Positions 25,508 to 35,821 of a stretch of DNA of 39,744 bases are shown piece by piece. Below the pieces are notes generated by a model. That model had not been told where the DNA came from. It did not search any database and saw only the letters and a program-made list of their open reading frames with translations. This DNA is from Dehalococcoidia bacterium (GTDB lineage: Bacteria; Chloroflexota; Dehalococcoidia; Dehalococcoidales; BS750m-G39): positions 1-39,744 of the forward strand of contig DAOWJM010000080.1 in NCBI GenBank assembly GCA_030640325.1. The letters run 5' to 3'. Both the position numbers and the translations under genes were made by a program. Each line of letters starts with the position of its first letter. Positions within the stretch are counted from its first letter, which is position 1.

Positions 25508-26236
25508 ATGGGAATTAGGGAAAATGTTCAGCAATTATTGAATGAGTTACCCGGCGGGGTTGAATTGATAGCAGCAGCAAAAACAAGGACGGTTGAAGAA
25601 GTGCTTGAAGCAGTGGAATCTGGCATAAAGATTGTTGGGGAAAATTATGTCCAAGAAGCAGAAAAAATTCATGGGGTGATAGGAAATAAAGCAAAATGGC
25701 ACCTGCTGGGACACCTCCAAAAAAACAAGGTGAAAAAAGCGGTAACACTGTTCGATATGATAGAAACCGTTGATTCTGTTGACCTAGCCACAGAGATTGA
25801 TAAGCGATGCGCTCAAATTGGCAAAGTGATGCCGGTATTAGTAGAGATAAACAGTGGCAGGGAGAAACAGAAATCAGGCGTATTGCCAGAAAATGCCGAA
25901 CAACTAATAAGGGCAATTTCGAGCTTGCCAAACATAAAAATAATGGGGCTGATGACTATGGGTCCTCGCTTTGGAAACCCTGAGGATTCAAGACCCTATT
26001 TCGTAACTACCAGAAAAACATTTGACAGGATTAAAGCGCTTGAACTACCCGATATAGAGATGACACATCTTTCAATGGGAATGACAAACTCTTACAAGAT
26101 TGCTCTGGAGGAAGGGGCAAACATGGTAAGAATAGGGACTAAAATATTTGGAGAGAGAAACTATCTGAACCAGATATCGGACAGAACAAGTGCTCAAGAG
26201 TTAAGAACAGCGGGAGGGAAATTCTATGGCGGCTGA
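25508..26236 (+). CDS. yggS: YggS-family pyridoxal-phosphate homeostasis protein
   Basis: AAAKTRTVEEV..GENYVQEA..WHLLGHLQKNKVKK..LSMGMTNSYKIALEEGANMVRIGTKIFG. Confidence 0.9.
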   Translation: MGIRENVQQLLNELPGGVELIAAAKTRTVEEVLEAVESGIKIVGENYVQEAEKIHGVIGNKAKWHLLGHLQKNKVKKAVTLFDMIETVDSVDLATEIDKRCAQIGKVMPVLVEINSGREKQKSGVLPENAEQLIRAISSLPNIKIMGLMTMGPRFGNPEDSRPYFVTTRKTFDRIKALELPDIEMTHLSMGMTNSYKIALEEGANMVRIGTKIFGERNYLNQISDRTSAQELRTAGGKFYGG

Positions 26237-27227
26237 AGAGCAAGTAAGGGAGAGCTTGGAACAGGTAATAGTTCCTGGGGTTATGCGTAGCCTGAATGGG
26301 CTGAATCTGGTTCGTCAAGTCACTACATCTGACCAAGAAGTCAAAATCACTCTGGCTTCTTCAGCCCTGAATGCAGAGACTCAGGAATGGATTAGGTCCA
26401 AGACCAAAGCCGTCGTGGAGAAGCTGCATGAGGTAAATAAGGTAGAGGTAGAGTTTATCGAGGCTAAGCCCACAGAGCTAACCCAAATTGGACATATCAT
26501 TGCCGTAATGAGTGGTAAAGGGGGGGTGGGCAAATCCCTGGTAGCCAGCCTGGCAGCAATTGCCCTCAAACGCCAGGGCTATGAAGTGGGCATACTAGAT
26601 GCTGACCTAACCGGTGCCAGCATCCCCAAGATGTTTGGCATCATCGCTCGACCTACCGGCAGCGATACTGGAATTCTGCCCGTGCTCTCAAGGTCAGGGA
26701 TTGAACTCATGTCCATCAATCTGCTATTGCAACAAGAGGATGATGCCGTTATCTGGCGTGGACCTCTCATCAGCAACACCATTAAGCAATTCTGGGAGGA
26801 TGTACTTTGGGGCAAGCTAGATTACCTGATAATAGACTTGCCCCCAGGCACCGCCGATGCTCCACTTACTGTACTGCAATCATTCCCTATCTCTGGGGTT
26901 ATCATCGTTTTCACCCCCCAAGACTTAACCGCCATGATAGTTAGAAAAGCGGTAAACATGGCTCAGAAAATGGATAAGCCCGTCCTGGGCGTGGTTGAGA
27001 ATATGAGCTACTTATATATACCTGAAATAGACAAACGAATTGAACTCTTTGGCAGAAGCAGGGGAGAGGAAATGGCAGAGGCAGCCAGGGCGCCTTTACT
27101 GGGGCAATTGCCCCTGGACCCAGAGCTAGCCAAGCTTTGTGACCAGGGCGATATCGAGCGCTACGACTCAGAGATTACGAACAGCCTTGGTCAATCTCTT
27201 CTTCAAGCCATATCGGCTAAGGTATAA
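26226..27227 (+). CDS. Mrp/NBP35 (ApbC-type) Fe-S cluster carrier ATPase with an N-terminal DUF59-like domain
   Basis: P-loop VMSGKGGVGKS. Deviant Walker A family. SD GGGAGGG 8 nt upstream. Confidence 0.92.
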   Translation: MAAEEQVRESLEQVIVPGVMRSLNGLNLVRQVTTSDQEVKITLASSALNAETQEWIRSKTKAVVEKLHEVNKVEVEFIEAKPTELTQIGHIIAVMSGKGGVGKSLVASLAAIALKRQGYEVGILDADLTGASIPKMFGIIARPTGSDTGILPVLSRSGIELMSINLLLQQEDDAVIWRGPLISNTIKQFWEDVLWGKLDYLIIDLPPGTADAPLTVLQSFPISGVIIVFTPQDLTAMIVRKAVNMAQKMDKPVLGVVENMSYLYIPEIDKRIELFGRSRGEEMAEAARAPLLGQLPLDPELAKLCDQGDIERYDSEITNSLGQSLLQAISAKV

Positions 27228-27295
27228 GAAAGGTCTCCTCAATAGAAGGACAACAAGCGCCCCTTGACGAAGTGAAGCCTTAGACTTAATCTATA

Positions 27296-27634
27296 ATGGT
27301 AGATAAAGAGAAAATACGAGAAATATACCAAGCTCTGCCCAAATTAAACTGTGGTTTTTGCGGCTACAAAAATTGTGGGCAATATGCTAGAGCAGTAGCC
27401 GAAGGTAAAGCATCACCTTATCGTTGTATAGGGGGCTTCTACATAGGTTACAAAGTGAGTGAAATTCTGGGAATAAAAGCGCCTGCATTCGCCTACGGAT
27501 TTTATAGTATGCCTTTTGCTAAAGTAACAGGGACTCCCGTTTCAGCGGTATCACTAAGGAAAGAAGTAGCGGCTCTGCATGAGAAAACCGATGCTATCAT
27601 AGCCAGGCTGGAAAAGTTGAAACTAAGCAAATGA
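27296..27634 (+). CDS. small Fe-S binding protein (RnfB-N-terminal-type 4Fe-4S domain)
   Basis: LPKLNCGFCGYKNCGQYARAVAEGKASPYRC matches the C-x2-C-x4-C-x16-C Fe-S domain. Confidence 0.65.
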   Translation: MVDKEKIREIYQALPKLNCGFCGYKNCGQYARAVAEGKASPYRCIGGFYIGYKVSEILGIKAPAFAYGFYSMPFAKVTGTPVSAVSLRKEVAALHEKTDAIIARLEKLKLSK

Positions 27635-27649
27635 AGTGACTTAAGAGGT

Positions 27650-27952
27650 GTGGGGAAAATGGCTCAAGAAGAGGAAACGGTAACAGAAAGAATAGCTCAG
27701 GAGGAGCTAATCAGAGAAAGAATGGACGAAAAGGGAAATAAGTGGAGAAAGGTTTACTTCGGTGGAGGAGAACACTTCAGAAATTGGTTAGAGCAATGTC
27801 GGGAATTAGGCGAGGTTGAGGTGGAAGAAGTAGACTCCACAGGATTTAAGTGCTTCGAGGAGGGTGGTGAAAAATTATATAGAATTTGGATGAAGGTGGG
27901 AGGAGAATCGCCCACTGCTGACTTAGAAGGGGATGAAGACAAGCAGAAATGA
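27650..27952 (+). CDS. hypothetical acidic protein
   Basis: 100-aa ORF (GTG 27650 or ATG 27659) following a GAGG-type SD. I recognise no family. Confidence 0.45.
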   Translation: MGKMAQEEETVTERIAQEELIRERMDEKGNKWRKVYFGGGEHFRNWLEQCRELGEVEVEEVDSTGFKCFEEGGEKLYRIWMKVGGESPTADLEGDEDKQK

Positions 27953-28055
27953 GAAAACTGCGTTATCCCTGTTGGCAGTTTAAGAGGGTGAATAAAAAGG
28001 TGCATTGAATAGGAGCAAATGGTAAAATAAGCCATAATCAGAGTTAGGAGGTTAG

Positions 28056-28325
<270 letters not shown>

Positions 28326-28349
28326 AACCCTTTAGCCGTAACTGCCAGC

Positions 28350-28378
28350 TTGACTCCAACTTCGGCAAAGGCAATAAT
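28350..28378 (+). promoter_or_regulatory. putative promoter (TTGACT-17-AATAAT) for tRNA-Asn
   Basis: TTGACT at 28350-28355 and AATAAT at 28373-28378. The tRNA begins at 28403. Confidence 0.4.
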
Positions 28379-28402
28379 GATAAGCACGCCTTCTCTGTGC
28401 GT

Positions 28403-28477
28403 TCCCCGATAGCTCAATGGTAGAGCGGGCGGCTGTTAACCGCTAGGTTCGAGGTTCGAGTCCTCGTCGGGGAGCCA
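28403..28477 (+). tRNA. tRNA-Asn (GUU)
   Basis: TCCCCGA TA GCTC AATGGTA GAGC G GGCGG CTGTTAA CCGCT AGGTT CGAGG TTCGAGT CCTCG TCGGGGA G CCA. Confidence 0.95.
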
Positions 28478-28508
28478 ATTGTTTCTATTCTGACCATGCC
28501 CCGATTAT

Positions 28509-28537
28509 TTGAGCGCCAACTATGCCTATGTTATAAT
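28509..28537 (+). promoter_or_regulatory. putative promoter (TTGAGC-17-TGtTATAAT)
   Basis: TTGAGC at 28509-28514 and an extended -10 TGtTATAAT ending at 28537. Upstream of prfA. Confidence 0.45.
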
Positions 28538-28560
28538 TTCAGCATAGGAGCAAATCGGTT

Positions 28561-29631
28561 ATGTGGGACAGATTAGAGCAAATAGACAGGCATTACGAAG
28601 AGCTAAACCAGCGAATAGCTACGCCTGAGGTTGCAACTGACCTGAAGCAATTGCAGACATTGGCTCAGGAGAAGGCTAGTATTGAGGGCTTGGTAACTAA
28701 GTATAGAGAATACAAGGCAACCTCCAAGGAGCTAGAGGAAATAAAGGCAATGCTAGCCAGTGGGCTAGATGAAGACATGAGCGCCCTGGTCAAGCAGGAA
28801 ATAGAAAGCCTAGAGACACAACTAGACCGTCAACTTCGTGAGCTAAAGCTCGCCCTCCTGCCCAAGGATGCCAATGATGAGAGAGACATCATTATGGAAA
28901 TCCGGGCTGGAGCTGGTGGTGACGAAGCCGGCCTATTTGCTGCCGACCTCTTCCGCATGTATACTCGCTATGCTCAATCCAAAGGTTGGGAAATAGATAT
29001 TATTGATAGTAATGAGAGCGGAATAGGCGGTTTTAAGGAAATTATATTTGAGATAAAAGGTAAAGGCGCCTTCAGTCGTCTGAAGTATGAGAGGGGGGTG
29101 CATCGGGTGCAGCGAGTGCCCGTTACCGAATCTTCAGGTAGAATTCACACCTCAACAGCTACAGTAGCTGTTCTCCCCCAAGCCGATGAGATAGAGGTCG
29201 CCATCAATCCTAACGACCTTAAAATTGACTTCTACCATAGTCGGGGGGCTGGGGGACAAAATGTAAATAAGGTAGCCACTGCCGTCCGTATCACCCACTT
29301 GCCTACCGGCATAGTAAGCATCTGCCAGGATGAGCGCTCACAGCTAAGAAACAGGACAAAGGCAATGTCTGTGCTCCGAGCCCGACTCCTAGATTCAGAG
29401 CAGCGCAAACAAGAAGAGGAAATAACCAAACAGCGTCGTTCCCAGGTGGGCACCGGCGACCGGGCAGAAAAGATAAGAACCTACAACTTCCCTCAAGACC
29501 GCATTTCCGACCACCGCATTGGTCTAACCCTCCGTAATCTTCCTCGAACCCTAGACGGGGAGCTTGATGAGCTCATCGACGCCCTAGCCACCAGTGACCA
29601 GTCAAAACAGCTAGAGGGGCAACTGGCGTGA
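28561..29631 (+). CDS. prfA: peptide chain release factor 1
   Basis: PVT tripeptide (RVPVTES) and GGQ motif ([12 protein letters not shown]). Confidence 0.96.
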   Translation: MWDRLEQIDRHYEELNQRIATPEVATDLKQLQTLAQEKASIEGLVTKYREYKATSKELEEIKAMLASGLDEDMSALVKQEIESLETQLDRQLRELKLALLPKDANDERDIIMEIRAGAGGDEAGLFAADLFRMYTRYAQSKGWEIDIIDSNESGIGGFKEIIFEIKGKGAFSRLKYERGVHRVQRVPVTESSGRIHTSTATVAVLPQADEIEVAINPNDLKIDFYHSRGAGGQNVNKVATAVRITHLPTGIVSICQDERSQLRNRTKAMSVLRARLLDSEQRKQEEEITKQRRSQVGTGDRAEKIRTYNFPQDRISDHRIGLTLRNLPRTLDGELDELIDALATSDQSKQLEGQLA

Positions 29632-30509
29632 CCCTAAAACAGGCTCTCGGCTGCGCCAGGGGCATTCTTGCTGGAAATAATATTGAGGATGCCCTTCTGG
29701 AGTGCGAGCTTCTGCTTAGGCATGCCCTAAAAATAAGCCGAACCCGGTTATATCTAGACCTGGACCATGAATTAAGCCCCAAACAAGAGGAGGCCTTCTG
29801 GCGACTGGTTGAACGCCGCCTAAATGATGAGCCCACAGCCTATATAACAGGACATCGCGAATTCTACGGGCTTGATTTCTATGTCGACCCCCGCGCTCTC
29901 ATCCCCCGACCGGAAAGTGAGCTACTGGTAGAAACAGCTCTCGGTCTGGCTCAAAATCACCCTTTGTTCACTATAGCTGAGATTGGCACCGGCTGTGGAG
30001 CTATCGCCATCAGCCTGGCGCTAAGCCTACCAGAGACCAAGATTTACGCCACTGATATATCAGCCGCCGCCCTCGAAGTCGCCCTAGTTAACTGCCAAAA
30101 ACATGGGGTGATAGATAGAGTTCATCTCCTCCAGGGCGATATGCTTGACCCTGTACCTGAGCCTGTTGACCTCATAATAGCCAATCTCCCTTATGTCAAG
30201 CAATCGGAATTAGCCCCAATGAGTCCAGCCAGGTTTGAGCCGCTGCTGGCGCTTGACGGAGGCTCAAACGGAACGGAAAGAATACGCCAGCTATGCCGAC
30301 AGGTAGATAGCAAGCTGCCACCCGGCGGCTTTCTGCTTCTGGAGATTGGACAAGGACAGAGAAGAGCTGTAACCGCCTTCCTGCACACCATCTTCCCCCA
30401 TGGCGAAATAGAGGTCGTGCCTGACTTGAGCGGCATAGACCGGGTGATAAGCCTCAGCCCCATTGCCAGCAAACATGAGCTGGCTAACGCCCAACCAAGT
30501 CAACTATAA
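29628..30509 (+). CDS. prmC: release factor glutamine N5-methyltransferase
   Basis: HemK layout with SAM motif EIGTGCGAI. The catalytic tetrapeptide reads NLPY rather than NPPY. 4-nt overlap with prfA. Confidence 0.9.
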   Translation: MTLKQALGCARGILAGNNIEDALLECELLLRHALKISRTRLYLDLDHELSPKQEEAFWRLVERRLNDEPTAYITGHREFYGLDFYVDPRALIPRPESELLVETALGLAQNHPLFTIAEIGTGCGAIAISLALSLPETKIYATDISAAALEVALVNCQKHGVIDRVHLLQGDMLDPVPEPVDLIIANLPYVKQSELAPMSPARFEPLLALDGGSNGTERIRQLCRQVDSKLPPGGFLLLEIGQGQRRAVTAFLHTIFPHGEIEVVPDLSGIDRVISLSPIASKHELANAQPSQL

Positions 30510-30523
30510 AAAGGAGCCAGATA

Positions 30524-31426
30524 ATGGCGACTCCAAAATTAGGCTACCTGCTAAAGTTGCCCAAATTTGACCATCTAGAAGCTAAGACTATTGAGGAAGC
30601 GTGCTCTCTACTGGCTAAATACAAAGACAAAGCCAGGGTAATTGCTGGCGGCACTGACCTGCTGGTGTCAATGAAAGGAAGGGAGATAAGCCCCCAGTAT
30701 ATAATCAACATCAAAGCTATCCCCAACCTAGATGGCATAAACTATAGCCAGAAAGACGGGTTGGTGATTGGCGCCCTGACCACCCTGGCTGAGATAGAAA
30801 GCTCACCCATAATTGGGGAGAGGTTTCCCATACTATCTTCTGCCGCTCATCAAACCGGCTCTCCCCACATCCAAAATATAGGCACAATAGGGGGTAATCT
30901 ATGTAATGCTGCCCCTTCAGCCGATATGGCTCCGTCCCTAATTGGATTAGAAGCCAAGGCAAAGATAAAAGGGCTTACGGGAGAAAGAGCCGTCACTGTT
31001 GAACAGTTCTTCCTCGGTCCTGGTGTGAGCGTCCTTAAAGCTGGCGAAATACTGACCGAAATCCAGGTGCCAAACCCACCGCCTCACACCCGAGGGGTAT
31101 ACCTGAAATTGCCCGCCAGAACAGCAATAGACATCGCTGTGGTGGGGGTGGCGGTTGTGGTTACCCTGGATACCAAAGGCGTAAATATAGCTGATGCCAA
31201 GATAGTCCTCGGTGCGGTTGCCGCCACTCCGATTAGGGCTCGCCAAGCCGAGGACATAATAAAGGGAAAGGCGCTCGACGATGAATTGATACAGAAGGCA
31301 GCCCAAGCCGCAGCAGATGAGGCAAAACCTATATCTGACGTTCGTGGCTCAGCTAGCTACCGCAAAGAGATGGTCAAAGTATTAACCAATCGAGCGCTAA
31401 AGCAGGCAACCACGCAGGAAGGTTGA
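30524..31426 (+). CDS. molybdenum hydroxylase FAD-binding (medium, CoxM/XdhB-like) subunit
   Basis: AGGTDLLVSMK, IGGNLCNAAPSADMAP and a CO_deh_flav_C-type C-terminus (SDVRGSASYRKEM). Confidence 0.88.
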   Translation: MATPKLGYLLKLPKFDHLEAKTIEEACSLLAKYKDKARVIAGGTDLLVSMKGREISPQYIINIKAIPNLDGINYSQKDGLVIGALTTLAEIESSPIIGERFPILSSAAHQTGSPHIQNIGTIGGNLCNAAPSADMAPSLIGLEAKAKIKGLTGERAVTVEQFFLGPGVSVLKAGEILTEIQVPNPPPHTRGVYLKLPARTAIDIAVVGVAVVVTLDTKGVNIADAKIVLGAVAATPIRARQAEDIIKGKALDDELIQKAAQAAADEAKPISDVRGSASYRKEMVKVLTNRALKQATTQEG

Positions 31427-31428
31427 TT

Positions 31429-31893
31429 ATGAAGCAACTGATTCAGTTAACGGTGAATGGAGAACTCCATGAAGTGAGGGTGGAGCCCTGGAAAACACTG
31501 CTGGAGGTGATTAGAGACGATATCGGATTGACCAGTCCTAAAGAGGCGTGTAGCACCGGTGAGTGTAGTGCCTGCACTGTCCTGCTCAACGGAAAGCCGG
31601 TCAATTCATGTCTGGTGCTGGCAGTAGAAGCCCAAAGTAAAGACATTCTGACTATTGAGGGATTGAGCCAGGGCAGCAAGCTACACCCGCTCCAGGATGC
31701 CTTTATCAGGCACGGCGCCATTCAATGTGGGTTCTGCACCCCGGGGATGCTGCTATCGGCTAAAGCCCTGCTTGATGAGAATCCCCAGCCAACAGAGGAA
31801 GAGATAAGGGAGGCGATTTCGGGCAACCTTTGCCGTTGCACCGGCTATAACAAAATAGTTGAAGCCATACTCGAGGTAGCCCAAAGTCAATGA
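31429..31893 (+). CDS. molybdenum hydroxylase 2x[2Fe-2S] (small, CoxS-like) subunit
   Basis: CSTGECSACTV and QCGFCTPGM..CRCTGY motifs. ATG 31429 with SD AGGAAGG is preferred over TTG 31423. Confidence 0.92.
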   Translation: MKQLIQLTVNGELHEVRVEPWKTLLEVIRDDIGLTSPKEACSTGECSACTVLLNGKPVNSCLVLAVEAQSKDILTIEGLSQGSKLHPLQDAFIRHGAIQCGFCTPGMLLSAKALLDENPQPTEEEIREAISGNLCRCTGYNKIVEAILEVAQSQ

Positions 31894-31906
31894 AAGGGTG
31901 AAAGCG

Positions 31907-34279
31907 ATGCAACAATACTCTGTAGTCGGTAAACCAATACCCAGGGTAGATGGTAGCTTAAAAGCCACCGGCGAGGCAAAATTCACCGTTGATATTGCGC
32001 TACCAGGGATGTTATATGGCAAAATCCTCAGGAGCCCCTATCCACATGCCAAGATTCTAAGCATTGATACCAGCAAGGCAGAAGCCCTACCCGGCGTGAA
32101 GGCGGTCATTACCGGCAAGGATACTGGAGAAGTTAGATTTAGTTTTATAGACACCCCCCGTTATCCCGCCGACCAATGTCCCCTGGCTATAGATAAGGTG
32201 CGCTTTATCGGTGAGGAGGTAGCTGCGGTAGCTGCCGTCAGTGAAGACACTGCCCAAGAGGCTCTGGGCTTAATCGAGGTAGAGTATGAGGAACTCCCAG
32301 CCGTCTTTGACCCTGAGGAGGCAATGAAGGATGGTGCCCCCAGAATACATGACAAAATTACACCCACCACTACTACCGCTTGGGAGGACTTTGGTGTCAC
32401 CCGGGAAGCCAGACCTTATGACGCGGTAAACAATATATCAAATCAAGTGTTAATAACCGTTGGTGATGCCGAGCAGGGATTCAAGGAATCAGACCATATC
32501 CGCCAGAACAGGTTTGTGATTCCAACCACATCCCACATTGCCCTGGAACCCCATGGAGCCCTAGCCAGTTTTGATTCCGCAGGGAAACTGAATGTGTGGT
32601 TATCACACATGGGCTATGAGCACAAGCGCTATTGGCTAGCCAAGACACTTGGCATTCCCATAAGCAAGGTAAGGGTAAATAAGACATATGTTGGCGGCGC
32701 TTTCGGTGGCAAAATCAGCCTGTTTCCCTACGAGCTCCTGGCTGCTTTCCTGTCCAAAAAGACCGGGCGACCGGTAAAGATAATCCTGTCCCGAAGTGAA
32801 GTGCTATCTACCTGCCATACCAGCCGCCGTTTCATCGTGGATGTCAAGACCGGAGTCAAGCGTGACGGGACAATAATGGCACAACATATTAAAATCATTG
32901 ATGATGCTGGTGCCTACCGAAGCAGTTCACCAACCGCCTTGTATCTCGCCCATGTCTTCCGCCACGCCATATATAACATACCCAATGTCAGGCATGAGGG
33001 GGTGGGAGTTTATACCAACAAATTATTCACCGGACCAAAGAGAGGGCACTCCTTACAACAAATAAGCTTTGCTGTTGAATCTCAACTGGACATGATAGCT
33101 GAGGAGCTGGGAATAGACCCATTGGAGCTAAGGTTAAAGAATCTGAGAAAGAAGGGTGACATCCTACCTAATGGAGACAGACTGGATAGCTATGGTCTCC
33201 CAGAGTGCCTGAGGCTGGCAGCCGAGTCCAGTGGCTGGAAACAGAAGTGGGGCAAGCAACCAAACAGGGGTATGGGCATAGGCACTGGTGGTATGTTCTC
33301 CGGGGGACATAACTACCCCTTTGGCAGTGCCGCCTTTGTCAAGCTCAACCCTGATGGCAGATTTACCCTGTTCACCGGTCAGACAGAATTCGGCGGTGGC
33401 GTTGATACCGTTATGGCTCAAATCGCTGCCGAAGAGCTGGGACTAACCATAGACGATATAGTTGTGGTTTCCGGCGACTCTGAGCTATGTCCCTATGATA
33501 TCGGCAACTGGCTAAGCGGTGGCGTCTATGTATCAGGACAAGCAGTGAGAAGAGCAGCCGCTGATGCCAAGCAGCAGCTATTAGCTTATGCCACCGAAGC
33601 GCTGGAGACAAAAATTGACCAGTTAGAAATAAATAACGGGCGTATCTATGTTAAAGCCAACCCAGATAAGGCGGTATCCCTCTCTGACATGTATAAGTAT
33701 GGCATCCAGATGCGTGGTGGAGACCCTATCCTAGGCAAAGGTTATACCAAAGCAGTGCAAGATGTTGGATTCTGGGGTGGTAGCTTCAAGGGCACTGCTG
33801 CCCTTTCCCAGGGCAGAGGTCGCTTTACTGATGCCTATGGTCTAGCTGCCGCCATTGCCGAGGTCGAGGTTGATAAAGAGACCGGTAAGGTTAAGGTATT
33901 ACATATAGTGGTAGCCGATGATTGTGGTACTGATATAAACCCACTAAACGTAGAGGGGCAGCTAGAGAGCCAGGCGGCTATGGCGATAGGAGATGTGCTA
34001 TTTGAAGAGGTGGTGATTGAGGAGGGGCGGGTGATAAACCCTACACTCGGTGACTATAAGATACCCGGGGCGCTTGATATACCAAAGCTAACCACAATCA
34101 GTGTCCAAGATTACGAACCTAAGGGTCCCTTTGGTGCCAAAGAGGTTGGTGAAACCGCCCGCGGCGCCGTAATTCCAGCCATTGCCAATGCCATCTGCAA
34201 CGCCATTGGTGGTAGAATTTACAGCTTGCCTATGACCCCAGACAAAATCCTAAAGGCAATGAAGGATGAGAAAGGCTAG
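31907..34279 (+). CDS. molybdopterin-binding (large) subunit of a xanthine dehydrogenase/aldehyde oxidoreductase-family enzyme, substrate unknown
   Basis: VDGSLKATGEAKFTVD start, GGAFGGK motif, C-terminal GAKEVGE active-site Glu context. No CoxL VAYRCSFR signature was seen. Confidence 0.9.
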   Translation: MQQYSVVGKPIPRVDGSLKATGEAKFTVDIALPGMLYGKILRSPYPHAKILSIDTSKAEALPGVKAVITGKDTGEVRFSFIDTPRYPADQCPLAIDKVRFIGEEVAAVAAVSEDTAQEALGLIEVEYEELPAVFDPEEAMKDGAPRIHDKITPTTTTAWEDFGVTREARPYDAVNNISNQVLITVGDAEQGFKESDHIRQNRFVIPTTSHIALEPHGALASFDSAGKLNVWLSHMGYEHKRYWLAKTLGIPISKVRVNKTYVGGAFGGKISLFPYELLAAFLSKKTGRPVKIILSRSEVLSTCHTSRRFIVDVKTGVKRDGTIMAQHIKIIDDAGAYRSSSPTALYLAHVFRHAIYNIPNVRHEGVGVYTNKLFTGPKRGHSLQQISFAVESQLDMIAEELGIDPLELRLKNLRKKGDILPNGDRLDSYGLPECLRLAAESSGWKQKWGKQPNRGMGIGTGGMFSGGHNYPFGSAAFVKLNPDGRFTLFTGQTEFGGGVDTVMAQIAAEELGLTIDDIVVVSGDSELCPYDIGNWLSGGVYVSGQAVRRAAADAKQQLLAYATEALETKIDQLEINNGRIYVKANPDKAVSLSDMYKYGIQMRGGDPILGKGYTKAVQDVGFWGGSFKGTAALSQGRGRFTDAYGLAAAIAEVEVDKETGKVKVLHIVVADDCGTDINPLNVEGQLESQAAMAIGDVLFEEVVIEEGRVINPTLGDYKIPGALDIPKLTTISVQDYEPKGPFGAKEVGETARGAVIPAIANAICNAIGGRIYSLPMTPDKILKAMKDEKG

Positions 34280-34856
34280 CTCTACCAAGGTCTCGGCAAT
34301 ACTCCTGGCTGCCGGCGAATCGAAGCGCATGGGTAAGCTCAAGCAACTGATGCCCCTGGGCAACACTACTATGGTAGAACAAACAATTGATACCCTTTTG
34401 GGTTCCAGGGTAAGCGAGGTCATCGTAGTGCTGGGGCATAGAGCCGAAGATGTGATGAAGAGAGTAGCCACCAGGCCTATTAAGATTGCGGTAAATCCAA
34501 TTTACCATCAGGGGATGGGCACATCCATAGCGGCTGGACTAAACCTGGTTGATAGCAGAGCACAGGCAGTTGTGCTCGCCCTGAGCGACCAGCCGTTTGT
34601 TGATAGCCAGACTATCAATAGGCTAATAGAGGAATTTGATGCCCATGATAAAGGTATTGCCATCCCAACCTACCAGGGTAGAAGAGGACACCCACTTATC
34701 TTCTCTATAAAATATAAAGCGCAGTTATCCGGGTTAAAGGGCGATATAGGTGGCAGAGAGATAATCAAAGAGCACCCCGAGGACATCCTTGAGGTGGCAG
34801 TTGAGTGTGAAGGCATCGTTATAGACATCGACACTACGACCCAAAGTTCAGCTTGA
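34266..34856 (+). CDS. mocA: MobA-like nucleotidyltransferase, likely molybdenum cofactor cytidylyltransferase
   Basis: SAILLAAGESKRMG..KQLMPLG N-terminal motif. Overlaps the large-subunit stop. Confidence 0.8.
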   Translation: MRKASSTKVSAILLAAGESKRMGKLKQLMPLGNTTMVEQTIDTLLGSRVSEVIVVLGHRAEDVMKRVATRPIKIAVNPIYHQGMGTSIAAGLNLVDSRAQAVVLALSDQPFVDSQTINRLIEEFDAHDKGIAIPTYQGRRGHPLIFSIKYKAQLSGLKGDIGGREIIKEHPEDILEVAVECEGIVIDIDTTTQSSA

Positions 34857-34941
34857 CACACAACCGCCCCAATGCTAAATTAATCAATTGGGCTTTTACT
34901 TCAAGGCTAAAGGCAAGTAGTAAGCAGGAGGAATAGGCATT

Positions 34942-35742
34942 ATGAATATGATTGTCTGCATCAAGCAAGTGACTGACCCTGAGGCACCGCCAGCCAGCTT
35001 CAAGATTGACCCTTCCAGCAATAAGGTGGTGCCACCCCAGGGTGTATCGCCGGTAATTGATCCCTATGCTGAATATGCTGTAGAGGCAGCGCTAAGAATT
35101 AAGGATGCCCTAGGGGGCAAAATCACTGCTATCAGCCTGGGCACAAACCAGCTCAGAGATATAGTAAAAAAACCGCTAGCTATGGGGGCTGATGAGCTCA
35201 TCCTACTGGAGGATGAGTTCTTTGATGAGGGCGATAGTTGGTCAACAGCCTATGCCCTGGCTATGAGCATCAAAAAGCTCGCTGACTATGATATCGTCTT
35301 CTGTGGCAGGGAGGCTTCTGACTGGAATGCAGGACAGGTAGGCTCAGGCATTGCCGAGCTCCTGGGGCTACCCAGTGTAACCCTAGCCAAGAAAATAGAC
35401 ATCACCGATGGTAAGGCAAGGGTAGAGCGGGTAACTGATGAGGGCTATGAGGTGATTGAGGTATCCCTACCTGCCTTGATTACAGTAAGCAATGAGCTTG
35501 GTGAGCCTCGTTACCCCACCATAAAGGGGATTATGGGAGCTAAAAAGAAGGAGGCGGTTATCTGGAAACCAGCCGATATCGGGGTCGAGGTCTCCCAGAT
35601 AGGGGCTGCTGGCAGGCACACCAAGCTGCTCAAGCTATTCCAACCAGTTCGCGAAGGGAAATGCGAGATTGTTGAAGGGGAGAGTCCTGAGGAGGCAGCG
35701 GTTAATCTAGCTTTAAAACTAAGGGAAGCCAAAATACTATAA
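34942..35742 (+). CDS. etfB: electron transfer flavoprotein beta subunit
   Basis: MNMIVCIKQVTDPEAP.. typical EtfB start and length. Confidence 0.92.
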   Translation: MNMIVCIKQVTDPEAPPASFKIDPSSNKVVPPQGVSPVIDPYAEYAVEAALRIKDALGGKITAISLGTNQLRDIVKKPLAMGADELILLEDEFFDEGDSWSTAYALAMSIKKLADYDIVFCGREASDWNAGQVGSGIAELLGLPSVTLAKKIDITDGKARVERVTDEGYEVIEVSLPALITVSNELGEPRYPTIKGIMGAKKKEAVIWKPADIGVEVSQIGAAGRHTKLLKLFQPVREGKCEIVEGESPEEAAVNLALKLREAKIL

Positions 35743-35821
35743 AAAAATTTAGGGAAACAATTCATATCTGGTTAGCTTTGAGAATTGTTTTTCAAGTTAT
35801 GTCAACTAAGGAGGTAAATCT

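Noticed and set aside
31907-34279. Calling the Mo-hydroxylase a carbon monoxide dehydrogenase (coxL).
   Set aside because: The coxMSL-like gene order is shared by many family members, and the form-I CoxL active-site loop (VAYRCSFR) is not present. The call is kept at family level.
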